Source: a virus
Virus record (IMG/VR): IMGVR_UViG_3300022699_000302
Span: 32,001-96,000 of that record
Strand: one strand, 5' to 3'
Length of the DNA stretch: 64,000 nucleotides
Of the stretch, positions 54,811 through 63,458 are shown in pieces (position 1 is the first letter of the stretch; the number at the start of each line of letters is the position of its first letter). The notes beneath the pieces are model-generated. The model ran no database searches, was not told the origin of the DNA, and saw only the letters and a list, made by a program, of their open reading frames with translations. Made by a program: the position numbers and the translations under genes.

Positions 54811-55165
54811 TATCGAACCTCCTTCTCGCCATCGTCATTTCCCCTAGAGTCGGCGTCTCCCACCATTTACGAGGTGTGCGGACCCAAAGAATGACAGGCT
54901 CAGGGATCGCCTTCATATTGAGGGGAAGACGAACAATGCATCGATCCGAGGAGGGAGTCGGATCCTTACATGGTTTTCCTAAGGCATCACGGCCAGCAAA
55001 GATTCTGCCTTCTTCCCGGAGTGGTTGATGTACCGCCCAGAACAGTGCCCGACCTCCGTACCCGGAATAGACGTAATTAGCTTTATCAGGAATATCATCC
55101 TGAATGAGTTCCCACTCTCTCGACGAAAACCAGAGCAGGGGGTCGTTGTGCGGTAAGTTTCTCAT
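54800..55165 (-). CDS. WW-motif family protein
   Basis: Ends RKWWETPTLGEM. Confidence 0.7.
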   Translation of the reverse strand: MRNLPHNDPLLWFSSREWELIQDDIPDKANYVYSGYGGRALFWAVHQPLREEGRIFAGRDALGKPCKDPTPSSDRCIVRLPLNMKAIPEPVILWVRTPRKWWETPTLGEMTMARRRFDSGT

Positions 55166-55209
55166 GATTCTCCAAGAAAAAGAAAAGGGCCCCTCCGGGG
55201 GCCCTTTGG

Positions 55210-55845
55210 TTATGCTTGGTTGTCGTTTTTCAGGCCGAGATCCCGAAGCCGCTTACGGTTGAGCTGAATCTTTCGTTCTCGAACTTCGATGAAACTCTGT
55301 TCGTAAACTGGATCCCAAGCCTTCTGCTTCACAATGACAGTTTCGTACCAGAAGCCGTTGACCTTCTTGTAGGTCCGGCCACCCAGTTTGAACTCGTTGC
55401 GTCGTTTGGCGTCGCGGTGCCGACGAATCCGCTGGCGACGCCACTTGCTGTGAGTGTTGTGATCGCAACGGAGAATCCCGTCACTGTCTACATACAAGTC
55501 TTTCCACCGCCAGGGCCTGTCGTGAAGTTCTCCCGTCGTGTCAACGGCACTGAGGATGTGTTCGCGGAGATGCCAGCCATCCACGGACCGGGCATCAGCG
55601 TGTTCACAGATCTCGGACCAAACATCATTCCAGGGTCGGCCGACATTCTTGTACAGAAAACCGTACATCGGTGCCAGCCGATCATTGAAGGACTTTGTTC
55701 GACGAGTCCTCATGGGCTCGCGTGCGGGAAGGTCCTCCATATCCTCACACTTCGTGTTGATGCGGAATGTTGCGCGTCTCTTGAGGCCCCACTCGTCGTA
55801 ACGGCGGGTGCATTCAATGATAACGCGTTTCATGTCCTTTCGCAT
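55210..55845 (-). CDS. Conserved basic hypothetical protein
   Basis: MR.DM..VI.E...LP.RE.M...FND.L.P...L...VGRPWNDVWSEI; AAGGAG RBS. Confidence 0.75.
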   Translation of the reverse strand: MRKDMKRVIIECTRRYDEWGLKRRATFRINTKCEDMEDLPAREPMRTRRTKSFNDRLAPMYGFLYKNVGRPWNDVWSEICEHADARSVDGWHLREHILSAVDTTGELHDRPWRWKDLYVDSDGILRCDHNTHSKWRRQRIRRHRDAKRRNEFKLGGRTYKKVNGFWYETVIVKQKAWDPVYEQSFIEVRERKIQLNRKRLRDLGLKNDNQA

Positions 55846-55982
55846 GACACAACTCCTTTAGACCATCTAAATAGGTCTCATGTCGGGCCTCCTTCCTTAG
55901 TGACTGGAGAACCGGCAGGACGCACTCTGCCGGTCCCCATCGTCGTTGCTTCTCTTAGTTGCCGCTCACAGGTGCGTCAGCG

Positions 55983-56540
55983 CTAACATCCTGCTCGAAC
56001 ACTCGATACTGCCTCCATCAGGAACTTCAGGGTGTCAATAGGATCCCTGGGCTCAGGTTCCCATGGTAAGAACTGATTCTCTTCTCGCGACCAGTGATAT
56101 CTCTTCATCTGGTCTTTGTTGATTTCTTCCGGAATATCGTCCTCGTTGCTGAAGATCATCAATTTGCCGTCGAAAGTCCTGAGTACCCAAAGCCAGGCCG
56201 AAGGAACGTAGGTCCAGTACCCCTTGAGAACGAGAGCCCACTCCTTCATCTCGAGGAAGCAGTAGTACCACCACTTGAACCAGCACTTGATGTGCTTGGG
56301 CTTAGCAACAAATGCGGCGATCAGATGGATCATCCTCGGAACGCGAGGGTATTGCATGCGCTCGCTCAACAAATGGATGCTGGGAGCGCACATCAACCCA
56401 AAGCCGGCCCGGTGTTCATTGTCACGACCGTAGAGCTCAACACCCTCTTTGTTTCGATGGAAGTACATCCCCAGAGGGTAAGGATGTTCGCTGTCATCCC
56501 ATTCGATAACCAGGGCCTTATCTATCGATCCGCTATCCAT
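55983..56540 (-). CDS. Hypothetical protein
   Basis: AAGGA RBS before MDSGS. Confidence 0.7.
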   Translation of the reverse strand: MDSGSIDKALVIEWDDSEHPYPLGMYFHRNKEGVELYGRDNEHRAGFGLMCAPSIHLLSERMQYPRVPRMIHLIAAFVAKPKHIKCWFKWWYYCFLEMKEWALVLKGYWTYVPSAWLWVLRTFDGKLMIFSNEDDIPEEINKDQMKRYHWSREENQFLPWEPEPRDPIDTLKFLMEAVSSVRAGC

Positions 56541-56737
56541 CGTTTGTCCTTTGAGTGAGTGAGTAGAAAGCAAAGACAGGCAACGACGGCGGGCCCCTAC
56601 AGCGAAAGGAGAGGAGCAGGGGCCCCCGCCGCCTGTACACGCCCGGTCACTCCGGACGTAACACTGTCCCATCTCTACGCTCACCAAGATTAATGATAAG
56701 CCGGCCGAGTAACGACTCTAGAGAAGGGGCATCATGG

Positions 56738-56746
56738 TCTTAGGCC
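56738..56746 (-). promoter_or_regulatory. Putative early promoter motif GGCCTAAGA
   Basis: Follows the glnS terminator; ~200-nt leader downstream. Confidence 0.6.
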
Positions 56747-56762
56747 AAAAAGAAAGGGCTCC

Positions 56763-58364
56763 TTAGGAGGAGCCCTTCTTTTGTTTCTTCTTCCACGGAT
56801 CTTTCAGTGGCACAACTTCGACTAAGTCGATACGGGTACCTACGATACAGACTTTGTAGTATCCTTTTCGCATGAGCTGCACGATCTGCCCGTGTTGGAG
56901 GTCAAGAGGCTCCATAAAGGCTATTGGGAGCTCTTTCATGCTGTCCTCATTGAACTCTCCGTTTTCGTCGAACAGGGGACCCAACTGGTAGATGTTGACC
57001 GGTCGAGCTCCTACGGAGACCCAATGGATCGTGCCTTTGACTTTTTCTTCCGGAAGGAGCTCACACTCGATACCGGTTAGATCCTCGTCCACCTGGAACG
57101 GTCCTACGTGCTTCAGGATACCGGCACCCTTGATCCGGACCTTACCTCCAGGCTTCAACCGTTTGAACTTCGGTGGCGGGTCCCCGGAGAAGTCATCCTT
57201 CTCGATCATGATGAAGTTGTCAACGAGAACCTTCCGAGTCCCGGCTTCGGGATCTTCGGGGTTGTTCTCGATCTCGACATACTCGCCGGCGGGCGATGAC
57301 AGATTGGAGATCCGAACCGATAACGGGTCGAAGACGCACATCACTCGCTGGGATGTCTTGTTGTAGCGGTCCCGGGCGATGTTCTCGAGCTTGTTCGGTG
57401 CGATCACCGAGTGGGTCTTGGACACCCCGATCTCTTCACAGAAGTCCTGGAGCATCTCGGGGGTATACCCCCGATTGCGGAGACCACGGAGAGTAGGCAT
57501 GCGGGGATCGTCCCATCCGTCGACCCTCTTGTCGTAGACCAGTTTACGGAGCTTGCGCTTTGAAAGCACCACTCCATCGACTTCGCATCTTGCGAATTCA
57601 CGCTGTTTTGGGAGGTAGTGGGTGTCGTAAACGGCATCATCGAATTCGGCGTGTTTGAGGAACCAGTTGTAGAGTTGGCGGTGCTCTTCGAATTCGAGAG
57701 TGCAGAGTGAGTGGGTGATCCTCTCGAGATAATCGACCAGAGGATGGCTGAAGTCGTAGCTGGGGTAGATGCAGTACTCAGCGCCGGTGCGGTGGTGAGG
57801 AGTGTAGATGATGCGGTACATCACAGGATCCCGCATCAGAGCACTGGGGTGCTTCCAGTCGATCTTGGCCCTGAGGGTGCACTCACCACCCTTGTAGATC
57901 CCCTTGAACATGTTGTCCCAACGGGCCAGGTTCTCAGAGATCGTGCGGTCGCGATAAGGGCTGGGCTTGAGCTCCTTGTTCGAGTCGCGGTAGTCGGCAG
58001 CATCTCGCGGCGAGAGATCACAGACATAAGCATCACCGCACTCCACCATCTTTCGAGCAACAGTTAGGAGATCCGGAAAGTAGTCCGAGGTGTAGGTGAC
58101 CTCGGGTTTGAATCGTAGTAGCCACGACAGATCTTCAATGATGGCCTTCTCATAGATCGGGGATTCGGTCAAAGGGTTGGTATCATCGAATCTGAGGTGG
58201 CATTTGCCCATGTACTGGGCGGCGATGCCGAAGTTGAGACACGCTGCTTTAGCATGCCCTAGATGCAGGTATCCGTTGGGTTCTGGCGGGAACCGAGTTC
58301 GCACCTCGGAGTACCGCCTTTCTTCGAGGTCCTTATCGATCTCGAGGGTGATGAAGTTCTTCAT
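56763..58364 (-). CDS. glnS: Glutaminyl-tRNA synthetase
   Basis: RTRFPPEPNGYLHLGHAK (HIGH), LRFDDTNP, YPSYDF.H..VD..E.ITHSLCTLEF, VLSKRKL (KMSKS equivalent), GWDDPRMPTLRG, KVKGTIHWVS. Confidence 0.95.
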   Translation of the reverse strand: MKNFITLEIDKDLEERRYSEVRTRFPPEPNGYLHLGHAKAACLNFGIAAQYMGKCHLRFDDTNPLTESPIYEKAIIEDLSWLLRFKPEVTYTSDYFPDLLTVARKMVECGDAYVCDLSPRDAADYRDSNKELKPSPYRDRTISENLARWDNMFKGIYKGGECTLRAKIDWKHPSALMRDPVMYRIIYTPHHRTGAEYCIYPSYDFSHPLVDYLERITHSLCTLEFEEHRQLYNWFLKHAEFDDAVYDTHYLPKQREFARCEVDGVVLSKRKLRKLVYDKRVDGWDDPRMPTLRGLRNRGYTPEMLQDFCEEIGVSKTHSVIAPNKLENIARDRYNKTSQRVMCVFDPLSVRISNLSSPAGEYVEIENNPEDPEAGTRKVLVDNFIMIEKDDFSGDPPPKFKRLKPGGKVRIKGAGILKHVGPFQVDEDLTGIECELLPEEKVKGTIHWVSVGARPVNIYQLGPLFDENGEFNEDSMKELPIAFMEPLDLQHGQIVQLMRKGYYKVCIVGTRIDLVEVVPLKDPWKKKQKKGSS

Positions 58365-58587
58365 TTTTCTCCTTTTGCTGAAGTAACGAGGAGGGGATCC
58401 TTGCGCGTTGGGAATGTAAGACGCATCTCCCTCCGTACTGCAGGTCGTTTCTGATTATTTGGACTTGAAGAGCGGGCTTTGTCTTGCTTTTCACGTCTTC
58501 TTCGATAAACCTGAGTTCTACCTCCAGCGACTCGAGAGCATCTCTGATCATTTCCTCAACTATCTGCTCTACATCCATAGGATCCAT
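58333..58587 (-). CDS. Small hypothetical protein
   Basis: AAGGAGG RBS. Confidence 0.6.
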   Translation of the reverse strand: MDPMDVEQIVEEMIRDALESLEVELRFIEEDVKSKTKPALQVQIIRNDLQYGGRCVLHSQRARIPSSLLQQKEKNEELHHPRDR

Positions 58588-58600
58588 TTTGTCCTCCTTG

Positions 58601-58609
58601 TCTTAGGCC
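58601..58609 (-). promoter_or_regulatory. Putative early promoter motif GGCCTAAGA
   Basis: Heads the glnS operon; only 14 nt from the ATG. Confidence 0.5.
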
Positions 58610-58647
58610 GTGTTGAGACTAAAAGAAGGGGCCCTGGGGCCCCGTTC

Positions 58648-59136
58648 TTACTTCTTCAGACGGACGTGAATACGAGGCTGTCCGCCCCTGGTTACGACCC
58701 CGCCGCAGGCGCGGTATGCCCTCAGGGAGAGCTTGGAGGTAACACACGTCCCGAACTTGTTCATGATTGCCCGTCGACAGTCGGCGTGACTGTACGCGGG
58801 CTTCTCGCGCCGGAGTTTGGCGATGTGTTTCAGCTTCTTCATCGTCGCTTTCGATCGACCTTCCAGCCTCATCTCTTCGATAAAGCTAGCCCACCCCTCC
58901 TCATCGAAGGGCGGCTCATTGCCGGGCTCGAACAATTCCTTGGGTTCGTGCGACTTCTCTTCCTCGGGTTCGTGATCGATACCGGAAGACTCTGAGTCCA
59001 GATTCAGGCTGTCGAGAAGCGACCGTTTTTCGAGCTCGTCCCGCTCTTTGACCGCTTCCCGATATGCCTTGGCGGCACGCTGAAGATGTTCTCCGGCACG
59101 CCGCACCTTTTCATTTGCTTCGTTTAGCTTGCTCAA
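58648..59136 (-). CDS. Hypothetical basic/helical protein
   Basis: AAGGAGG RBS, TTG start. Confidence 0.7.
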   Translation of the reverse strand: MSKLNEANEKVRRAGEHLQRAAKAYREAVKERDELEKRSLLDSLNLDSESSGIDHEPEEEKSHEPKELFEPGNEPPFDEEGWASFIEEMRLEGRSKATMKKLKHIAKLRREKPAYSHADCRRAIMNKFGTCVTSKLSLRAYRACGGVVTRGGQPRIHVRLKK

Positions 59137-59170
59137 GCTAACCTCCTTTCGGTTTCAAAATCCTCTATAT

Positions 59171-59179
59171 TCTTAGGCC
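59171..59179 (-). promoter_or_regulatory. Putative early promoter motif GGCCTAAGA
   Basis: GGCCTAAGAATATAGAG. Confidence 0.65.
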
Positions 59180-59249
59180 ACATCTGAGATAAAAAGAAAA
59201 GACCGCTGGATCAGCGGTCCTCTCTTCTCTGCTCTAGTAGCTGGTTATT

Positions 59250-60125
59250 CTACGGGTGGAAGACGTCTTCCTTCAACAACTCGTGCGCGTGCTCTTCGCG
59301 GAGCTTCTCGAGTTGGATGTAGTTATCGCACCCCAGCTTCTTCAGATATTTCAGCGTGACTTTCTGTTTGTCATGGGGTGACTGGGCTTTGTTGAGCTGC
59401 CGGCGGTAGCTCGCCTTGTTCCCTGCCCCCGTGAGACTTCGGTATACCAGAATCTGTTTTTCTGTCATGTCGTCCATACTGATTTCCTCGCCTTCCTCGT
59501 TTTCGTAAATATCGACAAACAAGCCGCCGGCAAAACCCAGAACCCACATCGGACAACTGTCCCGATATGTAACTTCATCAAAAAGAACAAGATCGGCAAA
59601 AACTTGCTCGATCCTGTCCCGGGTCCAATCCCTCGGCTTTTTGTCGGTGTTCCCTTTTCCCTCCAGGCACCACAACGATCCCGGCATAAGACGGACCGTC
59701 AGGGTCAACCAAACCACACAATCCTCGGCTAGAGACGGGTAGAGGACATTCTCTAGCCAGGTATGCAGCACGGGAGTGTATGCATTACATGTGTCGAGAT
59801 TGACAAAGTCAAAGCTCCGACCCCCTAGATCAGAAGGCCGAAGGGTCTCGAGTCGGTCGATGAAAAGTTCGTAGCTACCGGGGTAATTTCGGTAGTACTC
59901 ATCAATAGCTGTTGCGATCTCGATGTCGCGCTCGACCAACACGAAGTTGGTCTTGTCGTCGAAACAGCCGTTGATGAATCCTTGTTGGAGATCCAGCAGT
60001 TCTGCTCCCGGCAATAAGAGCACTTCCCTGAATGCCCCTGTGGGTGGAGCGGTATAGATACGATCTCGGACCAGGCCTTTTTGCGGTCGGTCCCTAGAGA
60101 ATGTATCTGGTATGATCTTTGGCAT
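59250..60125 (-). CDS. Putative SAM-dependent methyltransferase-fold protein
   Basis: VLLLPG (motif I-like), FVLVERD (acidic end of beta2), FDFVNLD (motif IV-like). Confidence 0.45.
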   Translation of the reverse strand: MPKIIPDTFSRDRPQKGLVRDRIYTAPPTGAFREVLLLPGAELLDLQQGFINGCFDDKTNFVLVERDIEIATAIDEYYRNYPGSYELFIDRLETLRPSDLGGRSFDFVNLDTCNAYTPVLHTWLENVLYPSLAEDCVVWLTLTVRLMPGSLWCLEGKGNTDKKPRDWTRDRIEQVFADLVLFDEVTYRDSCPMWVLGFAGGLFVDIYENEEGEEISMDDMTEKQILVYRSLTGAGNKASYRRQLNKAQSPHDKQKVTLKYLKKLGCDNYIQLEKLREEHAHELLKEDVFHP

Positions 60126-60139
60126 ACGCTCCCCTTAGT

Positions 60140-60634
60140 TTATATGGTTTGAGCTGCGGCACAATTGGCTTTCTTGGTTACGTGCTTGTAGGAGTGGCCA
60201 TTGACGATCTTCACCGTCCGTTGGTAGCCCAAGCCGAAGAACCGAGAAATTTCGGTAACCAGCCAATCATGTTCCCACCGAAGATCTCGAAGACGTCGGA
60301 CACAGTCGTCCGGTAAGAGTAGGGAGCTATTCGCTATTGCGGGCTCCCAGTCTTCAGGAATCTCTTCGGTTTCCTGCATTTTCTTGACGCGTTCCCTCCT
60401 TTGCTTATTGGCCTTAAGGACGACGTCTTTGAGCCCTATGGGCGGGGGTTTCAGCCAGTGATCCGGGGTGTCTGCTTTCACCCACTTGAACATCTTGTTG
60501 TTGACGATCAAGCAGACATTGCTGCTGGGCATCCCTAGTTTTCGCGCGATCCAGGCTTGGCTCTTTCCCTCGGCATGCCACTTCCGGATCTTCTTTATTG
60601 TTCCTGCTGTGTTCTTTCGTTTGCCCACAGGCAC
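60140..60634 (-). CDS. Protein with two HTH-like repeats
   Basis: GKSQAWIARKLGM..SNV..IVN..FKWV and LVTEISRFFGL......KIVNG.SYKHV. Confidence 0.65.
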   Translation of the reverse strand: MPVGKRKNTAGTIKKIRKWHAEGKSQAWIARKLGMPSSNVCLIVNNKMFKWVKADTPDHWLKPPPIGLKDVVLKANKQRRERVKKMQETEEIPEDWEPAIANSSLLLPDDCVRRLRDLRWEHDWLVTEISRFFGLGYQRTVKIVNGHSYKHVTKKANCAAAQTI

Positions 60635-60645
60635 AGTTGTCCTCC

Positions 60646-61203
60646 CTATAGATGTTTGACGAGTTCCGCTCCTTTCTTCACAGCGTCCAGGAGCATACGA
60701 GTATCCGCGAGTGCGCGATGGGGGTTGTCTTGCGGGTCCCCAATTCCAGTCATGTCAAGGAAGAGGCTGGTGTCCCATCCGCAGTAGTGGAAGGGCCACT
60801 TTTTGCCAGCAATCCTGAACAGCTTCTTGGTGAGCTGATATTCGAATTGGATGTTGTCTGAGATTAAGATCCACTTCTTGTTGTGATCCGGATCGATATC
60901 CCTAAGTCGACTCATCAGCTCTCGAACCACAGCTAAGCCGTGACGAGATTTCCTGAAGTACTCAGAGGGGGTAATCTGGTGGAATTCAAAGGCTTTCTGG
61001 TACGGCTCTTTCCAGACCTCTTCACCGCTTTCAATTGTTTGGGTCAGGTCATGCCACAGGATCATGTCTTCGAATTCAAAAAGCTCATGGAGCCTGTTAT
61101 CGGTCGCGATCACTCCTATTTCGATCGGAAAATGATCCGCAGCAGGAACACCAGTGGTCTCGTAATCACAGAACACGAGAAGAACGTTGTCGGCGATGGG
61201 CAT
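60646..61203 (-). CDS. DEDDh 3'-5' exonuclease (DnaQ/oligoribonuclease-like)
   Basis: FCDYETTG (ExoI), DNIQFE (ExoII), HRALAD (ExoIII). Confidence 0.88.
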   Translation of the reverse strand: MPIADNVLLVFCDYETTGVPAADHFPIEIGVIATDNRLHELFEFEDMILWHDLTQTIESGEEVWKEPYQKAFEFHQITPSEYFRKSRHGLAVVRELMSRLRDIDPDHNKKWILISDNIQFEYQLTKKLFRIAGKKWPFHYCGWDTSLFLDMTGIGDPQDNPHRALADTRMLLDAVKKGAELVKHL

Positions 61204-61233
61204 GAATTCTCCAGTGCATACGAAGGTCTATGG

Positions 61234-61242
61234 TCTTAGGCC
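61234..61242 (-). promoter_or_regulatory. Putative early promoter motif GGCCTAAGA
   Basis: GGCCTAAGACCATAGA. Confidence 0.65.
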
Positions 61243-61280
61243 ACAGATCTAAAAGAAAAGGGGCCCGAAGGCCCCCTTTT

Positions 61281-61544
61281 TTACTTCGAAAGAGTCAGGC
61301 GTGCGTGAGGAAGATTCTGGAAGATCTCATTGCGGAGGTCTTCCACCCCTGACAGGGCCGAAGCTAACTTTCGCGCCCGATCGACGGAGTCGTCGGGCTC
61401 ACGGCCGGCAATAGCGCCAGCCTCCTCTTCGACATCGAGTAGGTCGTTGATCGCTCCTACCGCTTTTTGTTCGAGTTTACGGAGTGCGTCCTCCGTGATA
61501 TGCGGTGAGGGAAGGTCTTTCACCCCTGTTGATCCTTCAGTCAT
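61281..61544 (-). CDS. Small helical protein
   Basis: AAGGAGG RBS. Confidence 0.7.
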   Translation of the reverse strand: MTEGSTGVKDLPSPHITEDALRKLEQKAVGAINDLLDVEEEAGAIAGREPDDSVDRARKLASALSGVEDLRNEIFQNLPHARLTLSK

Positions 61545-61553
61545 ACCACCTCC

Positions 61554-62051
61554 TTACTTGGTTGCATCGGACGAAACCAAGACTGAGTAGTGATCCCAGT
61601 CGATCTTCTTTAGGGGATCGCCGTAATGCCGATGCATGAAATCATCAGCGATCTCCAGTTTCTGACGGGCTGTAGCACTGACCAACCACCAACCAAAAGT
61701 CAGGGTCTTGGGACACTGGTTGGCCATGGTGTTGAGGAACAGGTCGTAGTCGCCTTTCATGTAGAGGAACTCTGAAACACACGACCAGAGCTGGTCATCA
61801 CCTTCATCCCAGTTCCACCGAGGATCTTTTCCTCCCCAGGCGTTGGGTAGTGGGACTAGGCGTCCTTTTCGGTAAAACCGTCCTTGATCCTTTTCCAGAT
61901 CGTGTCGAGCTACTTCTAGCCAGGTATCCAGGTCCCGGCATTTGTACCCGATTTCTGTCCCTCCACATCTGATTCCCCAGGTTGCGAGGCCTAAATGGAG
62001 TGCGAGACGTGTGTCTACGTCGAACTCGGCGTAGACGGGGATGTCTGACAT
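61554..62051 (-). CDS. Hypothetical protein
   Basis: AGGAG RBS before MSDIP. Confidence 0.7.
   Translation of the reverse strand: MSDIPVYAEFDVDTRLALHLGLATWGIRCGGTEIGYKCRDLDTWLEVARHDLEKDQGRFYRKGRLVPLPNAWGGKDPRWNWDEGDDQLWSCVSEFLYMKGDYDLFLNTMANQCPKTLTFGWWLVSATARQKLEIADDFMHRHYGDPLKKIDWDHYSVLVSSDATK
61558..61580. repeat. 23-bp palindromic element, copy 8
   Basis: TTGGTTGCATCGGACGAAACCAA. Confidence 0.72.
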
Positions 62052-62398
62052 GTAAGCTCCTGTTGAGATTGATTCCATAGCTTTTCCAGGTGTTCCTGCA
62101 TCTCTCGATACTCGTAAGTCCCGGGAGGATACCACGAGTCCATGTAGTCAAGGAACTTCTTCAGGAATTTTTCTGCTCGGTACCATGCAGACGCGATTGC
62201 GTACTGCTGGTCGGTCCATCGCCCCTTTCCAAAAATTTTGATGCCAACTGAATAAAGATGAGCCAAGGTGTTTTCTGCGTGAGCCGCTCTCACGATCAAT
62301 GGCCCAGCGGATTTCCGGGGATCAGGGTCTAGCCCCTCGTCCATGATCGTACGAAGAGCGCCGATGTCCCGGAGAGCTGCTCGAATGCGTTCTTCCAT
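62015..62398 (-). CDS. Hypothetical protein
   Basis: GAGG RBS; downstream of the promoter motif. Confidence 0.7.
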   Translation of the reverse strand: MEERIRAALRDIGALRTIMDEGLDPDPRKSAGPLIVRAAHAENTLAHLYSVGIKIFGKGRWTDQQYAIASAWYRAEKFLKKFLDYMDSWYPPGTYEYREMQEHLEKLWNQSQQELTCQTSPSTPSST

Positions 62399-62428
62399 AG
62401 GAACACCCTCAAAAAGTTCTCACTACAT

Positions 62429-62437
62429 TCTTAGGCC
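62429..62437 (-). promoter_or_regulatory. Putative early promoter motif GGCCTAAGA
   Basis: GGCCTAAGAATGTAG. Confidence 0.6.
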
Positions 62438-62469
62438 ACGAGAATGTACTCTTTACGGACGAGTTCATC

Positions 62470-63177
62470 ATGGCAAAGAAAAAGAAATGGCCGCCCAACG
62501 AAGAGGCGTTGTGCTCGGTTCTGATCGATTGGCTGGAAGAAGAAGGATGGGACGTCTACCAGGAGGTAAGTTTTCACTCCTGGGTAGCAGACATTGTTGC
62601 GGTTCGACGAAAGATTATTTGGGTCATTGAAGCCAAGACCGGGTATAACATGACCGTCATGGAGCAGGCCCACAGGTGGCTGAGTTACGCACATCTGGTC
62701 TCAGTCGCTACTCCCGATATCAAGAAGCGTAAAGGCCACTTCATGGCTGATTCGATCCTGCGATACTACGGTATCGGCCGGCTTGTCGTTCCCGCCCCTA
62801 TCAACTTTCGAGGCCGGAATGAGATCGTAGTCCGGCAGGGAATCTACCCGAAGTACAATCGAAAGAGAGGGATGTTGAAAAAGTCAGCTCAGCGTCTTCT
62901 CGATACCCTCAGGCCTGAACATAAGACCTGGGCGAAAGCAGGGAGCCAGCACGGCAAGCGGGTTACAGCTTTTGGCCTGACCCGCGATAAGGTCCAGAAG
63001 ATCGTGAAAGAAAATCCGGGAATCACTCTTCACGACTTGATCAATAAAATAGATCATCACTATTCCTCAGATTCTGGAGCACGTCGTTACATCGCGTTAT
63101 ACGTCACCACTGGCGTAATCGGCGGCGTTCGCATCGATCGTGAGGGGAGGCGGTTGCGTTTCTACCCGGAGGGCTAG
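62470..63177 (+). CDS. PD-(D/E)xK nuclease-fold protein with C-terminal winged helix
   Basis: DVYQEV...ADIVAV...WVIEAK motif. Confidence 0.75.
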   Translation: MAKKKKWPPNEEALCSVLIDWLEEEGWDVYQEVSFHSWVADIVAVRRKIIWVIEAKTGYNMTVMEQAHRWLSYAHLVSVATPDIKKRKGHFMADSILRYYGIGRLVVPAPINFRGRNEIVVRQGIYPKYNRKRGMLKKSAQRLLDTLRPEHKTWAKAGSQHGKRVTAFGLTRDKVQKIVKENPGITLHDLINKIDHHYSSDSGARRYIALYVTTGVIGGVRIDREGRRLRFYPEG

Positions 63178-63179
63178 CA

Positions 63180-63458
63180 ATGGCAAAACTGACGGCTGTG
63201 TGGAAGAGGTCTTGGAAGGCGATCGATAAGATCTGCCGGCGCAATAGAGATCACCTAAAAACTGAACTTGAGCTCGACGAGAAGGATCGCGAGGTCCTAT
63301 CGGAAGCCTTAATGGCAGCGGCGTATTGCATGATCAATGCGCCGAATAATCACATTTCTGTAGGATATGAACACGAACGAAATACGGCTCCTGCTGTGGT
63401 GTTGAGGATCAACGTTGACGGTGTTGGGGTCATCGGTATTGGGAGGAAGTCGGTATGA
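63180..63458 (+). CDS. Hypothetical protein
   Basis: GGAGG RBS. Confidence 0.7.
   Translation: MAKLTAVWKRSWKAIDKICRRNRDHLKTELELDEKDREVLSEALMAAAYCMINAPNNHISVGYEHERNTAPAVVLRINVDGVGVIGIGRKSV

Noticed and set aside
55216-55986. 256-aa plus-strand ORF
   Set aside because: Antisense shadow of 55210..55845 within a minus-strand operon.
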